A stretch of DNA of 57,459 nucleotides, taken from Rubrobacter sp. (GTDB lineage Bacteria; Actinomycetota; Rubrobacteria; Rubrobacterales; Rubrobacteraceae). The notes beneath the pieces were generated by a model, which ran no database searches, had not been told where the DNA came from, and saw nothing but the letters and a program-made list of their open reading frames with translations. The position numbers and the translations under genes were made by a program. Positions within the stretch are counted from its first letter, which is position 1. The number at the start of each line of letters is the position of its first letter. The DNA lies in NCBI GenBank assembly GCA_036377135.1, contig DASUYY010000238.1, positions 1 to 57,459 on the forward strand, written 5' to 3'. This document shows, piece after piece, positions 55,952 to 57,459 of the stretch.

Positions 55952-57459
55952 CTAGAACCGCCAACCTAAGAGGTTCCAGTAGTTCAGGAACCACACGAAA
56001 GCAACCGCCGCGATCGTCACGAGCGTGTAATGCACGCGGGCGGCGATGCCCCAGTAGCTGTCCTTCCAGGCCAGCACGCTGTAGATGAGCGCGACGACTG
56101 TCAGCAGGGTAGCCAGAACACCCACTCCTAGCACGATTCTGTAGATCACCGAGACGCCGAACAAAGGCACCGGATTGCCCCACAGCACCGTGCCGACCAC
56201 GAACAACAGGTTCAGAACGCAGATCCCCAGAATGATCCAGTAAGCTACGCGGGCGCCGCGAGACGCGGGTTTCGAGGATTCCCGGTCACCGCTCGGGCGG
56301 CGGTTCCGAATAAGGCGGATCAATACTGCGGAGATCATGGACACGAACATCAAGATGGAGCCCAGGACCAATGCCATGTTGAAAGCGGGCGTTTCGTACC
56401 ACTTCAACTTTTCAAAGGCAAACATCGGAGTATAGTCGGTGAACATACGCCCCTGGTCGTCCTCACTAAAGAGGATGTGGAACGGAGCGTCCACCTGACG
56501 AAAGTAAAGCGGCGCTACTTCGACAAACCGCCACTCGCCCCACGGATTCGTAAAGAGTAGCGTGCCGTCGCCGCCATCGCTGATTTTAACTGTGCTCATG
56601 CCCAAGAGTACTCCTACCTTTTCGAGGGTGGTATGCGAAGTTCCGGGTGTGCCCCCCGTGAGTCGATAGATGCCCTCGAACCGACCGGCCCGCTCCGCGA
56701 AATCCGCAGGAGGTTGTATTGGCTTGGGTGCAGGAGCGGGAAAGTAGTGGTCGAAAAACGCCCTCTGGAACCCGAGATGCTGAAGGGTCAGGTCCTCACC
56801 ACCCTGGCTGTTGTAGACCACAAACACACCCAGGTTCTGGTCGGGCAAAAGTAGCAGCAGACTATAGATCGGGTCCGATCCACCGCTGTGACCGATCGTC
56901 CACTGGCCGTTGTCGCTGAAATCGAAGAAGCCGTAGGCAGTGCCCAAAAGGCGCGGGTTGGGAGTGTACAACGTGGTGTGCATTCGCTGCGTAGTGCCCT
57001 TGTTCAGGATGCGCGCCTCGGCGATGTTTGCATCGCTGTAGCGGCCATCCTGCAGGTGCGCGATCATGAAACGGGCCATGTCCGTGGCGCTGGCTTGCAT
57101 TCCGCCAGCCGGCGCCATCGCAGGCTGGCCCATGTCGGAATAATCGGGGAATACCTTAAAGGCACCATCTTTATAGACGTATCCGACGGATGCATGTTTG
57201 TGCACGTCCTGCGGTATCGGCGACCGGGCGGTTGTGTGCACCATGCCCAAGGGGTTCAGGATATGTTTCTGTACGTACTGGTCGTAGGGTTCTCCCGATT
57301 CCCGCGCCACGATGTAGCCCGCCAGGGATGTGCCATAGCTTGAATAAGCCGCAACGTCACCGGGTGGACGAACCCGCGCCGGCATATGTGAGATGAGCCA
57401 TTCGCGCGGGGGCACCAGGTCATTGGGGTCCGACGCCAGCCTCTCGTAATAGCGGTCTT
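55952..57459 (-). CDS. Beta-lactamase-family serine hydrolase with C-terminal TM helices (5' end outside the window)
   Basis: AYSSYG, I..PLGM..T, PAGGM..SA.DMARF, GHSGG motifs; 3-4 C-terminal TM segments. Confidence 0.88.
   Translation of the reverse strand, partial: DRYYERLASDPNDLVPPREWLISHMPARVRPPGDVAAYSSYGTSLAGYIVARESGEPYDQYVQKHILNPLGMVHTTARSPIPQDVHKHASVGYVYKDGAFKVFPDYSDMGQPAMAPAGGMQASATDMARFMIAHLQDGRYSDANIAEARILNKGTTQRMHTTLYTPNPRLLGTAYGFFDFSDNGQWTIGHSGGSDPIYSLLLLLPDQNLGVFVVYNSQGGEDLTLQHLGFQRAFFDHYFPAPAPKPIQPPADFAERAGRFEGIYRLTGGTPGTSHTTLEKVGVLLGMSTVKISDGGDGTLLFTNPWGEWRFVEVAPLYFRQVDAPFHILFSEDDQGRMFTDYTPMFAFEKLKWYETPAFNMALVLGSILMFVSMISAVLIRLIRNRRPSGDRESSKPASRGARVAYWIILGICVLNLLFVVGTVLWGNPVPLFGVSVIYRIVLGVGVLATLLTVVALIYSVLAWKDSYWGIAARVHYTLVTIAAVAFVWFLNYWNLLGWRF

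Noticed and set aside
1-57459. CRISPR array, cas genes, rRNA, prophage or integrase
   Set aside because: I saw no regularly spaced repeat-spacer array and no such motifs.

Overview
GC-rich bacterial chromosomal segment. The gene families and codon style suggest an actinobacterium of the Rubrobacter group (inference). It holds about 50 genes. Housekeeping blocks: cysM-mec-cysO-moeZ sulfur-carrier cysteine pathway, coproheme decarboxylase, topoisomerase III, M42 and M19 peptidases, tRNA-Ser(GCT). Signalling genes are dense: three sigma factors, two OmpR-type two-component systems, a CheB-CheR-PAS fusion without an output domain, and a Crp regulator. There are three secreted RTX-repeat proteins, one complete but frameshifted IS1380 element (17-bp IRs, CTAA target duplication) and several pseudogenes. 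Best leads: (1) a non-riboflavin ribA-ribD(reductase)-MDR-PTPS cluster divergent from folB-acyltransferase-MFS, which suggests an unknown GTP-derived metabolite; (2) two c-di-GMP-I riboswitches sharing an unusual promoter-like motif and a 5' hairpin; (3) a TTCATC-N5-TTCATC-N9-(-10) box found twice, once in front of a candidate anti-SD small RNA; (4) a long leader hairpin whose loop is complementary to the downstream SD; (5) a subtilase-ECF-anti-sigma-like cassette. All calls come from reading the sequence; no searches or folding programs were run.
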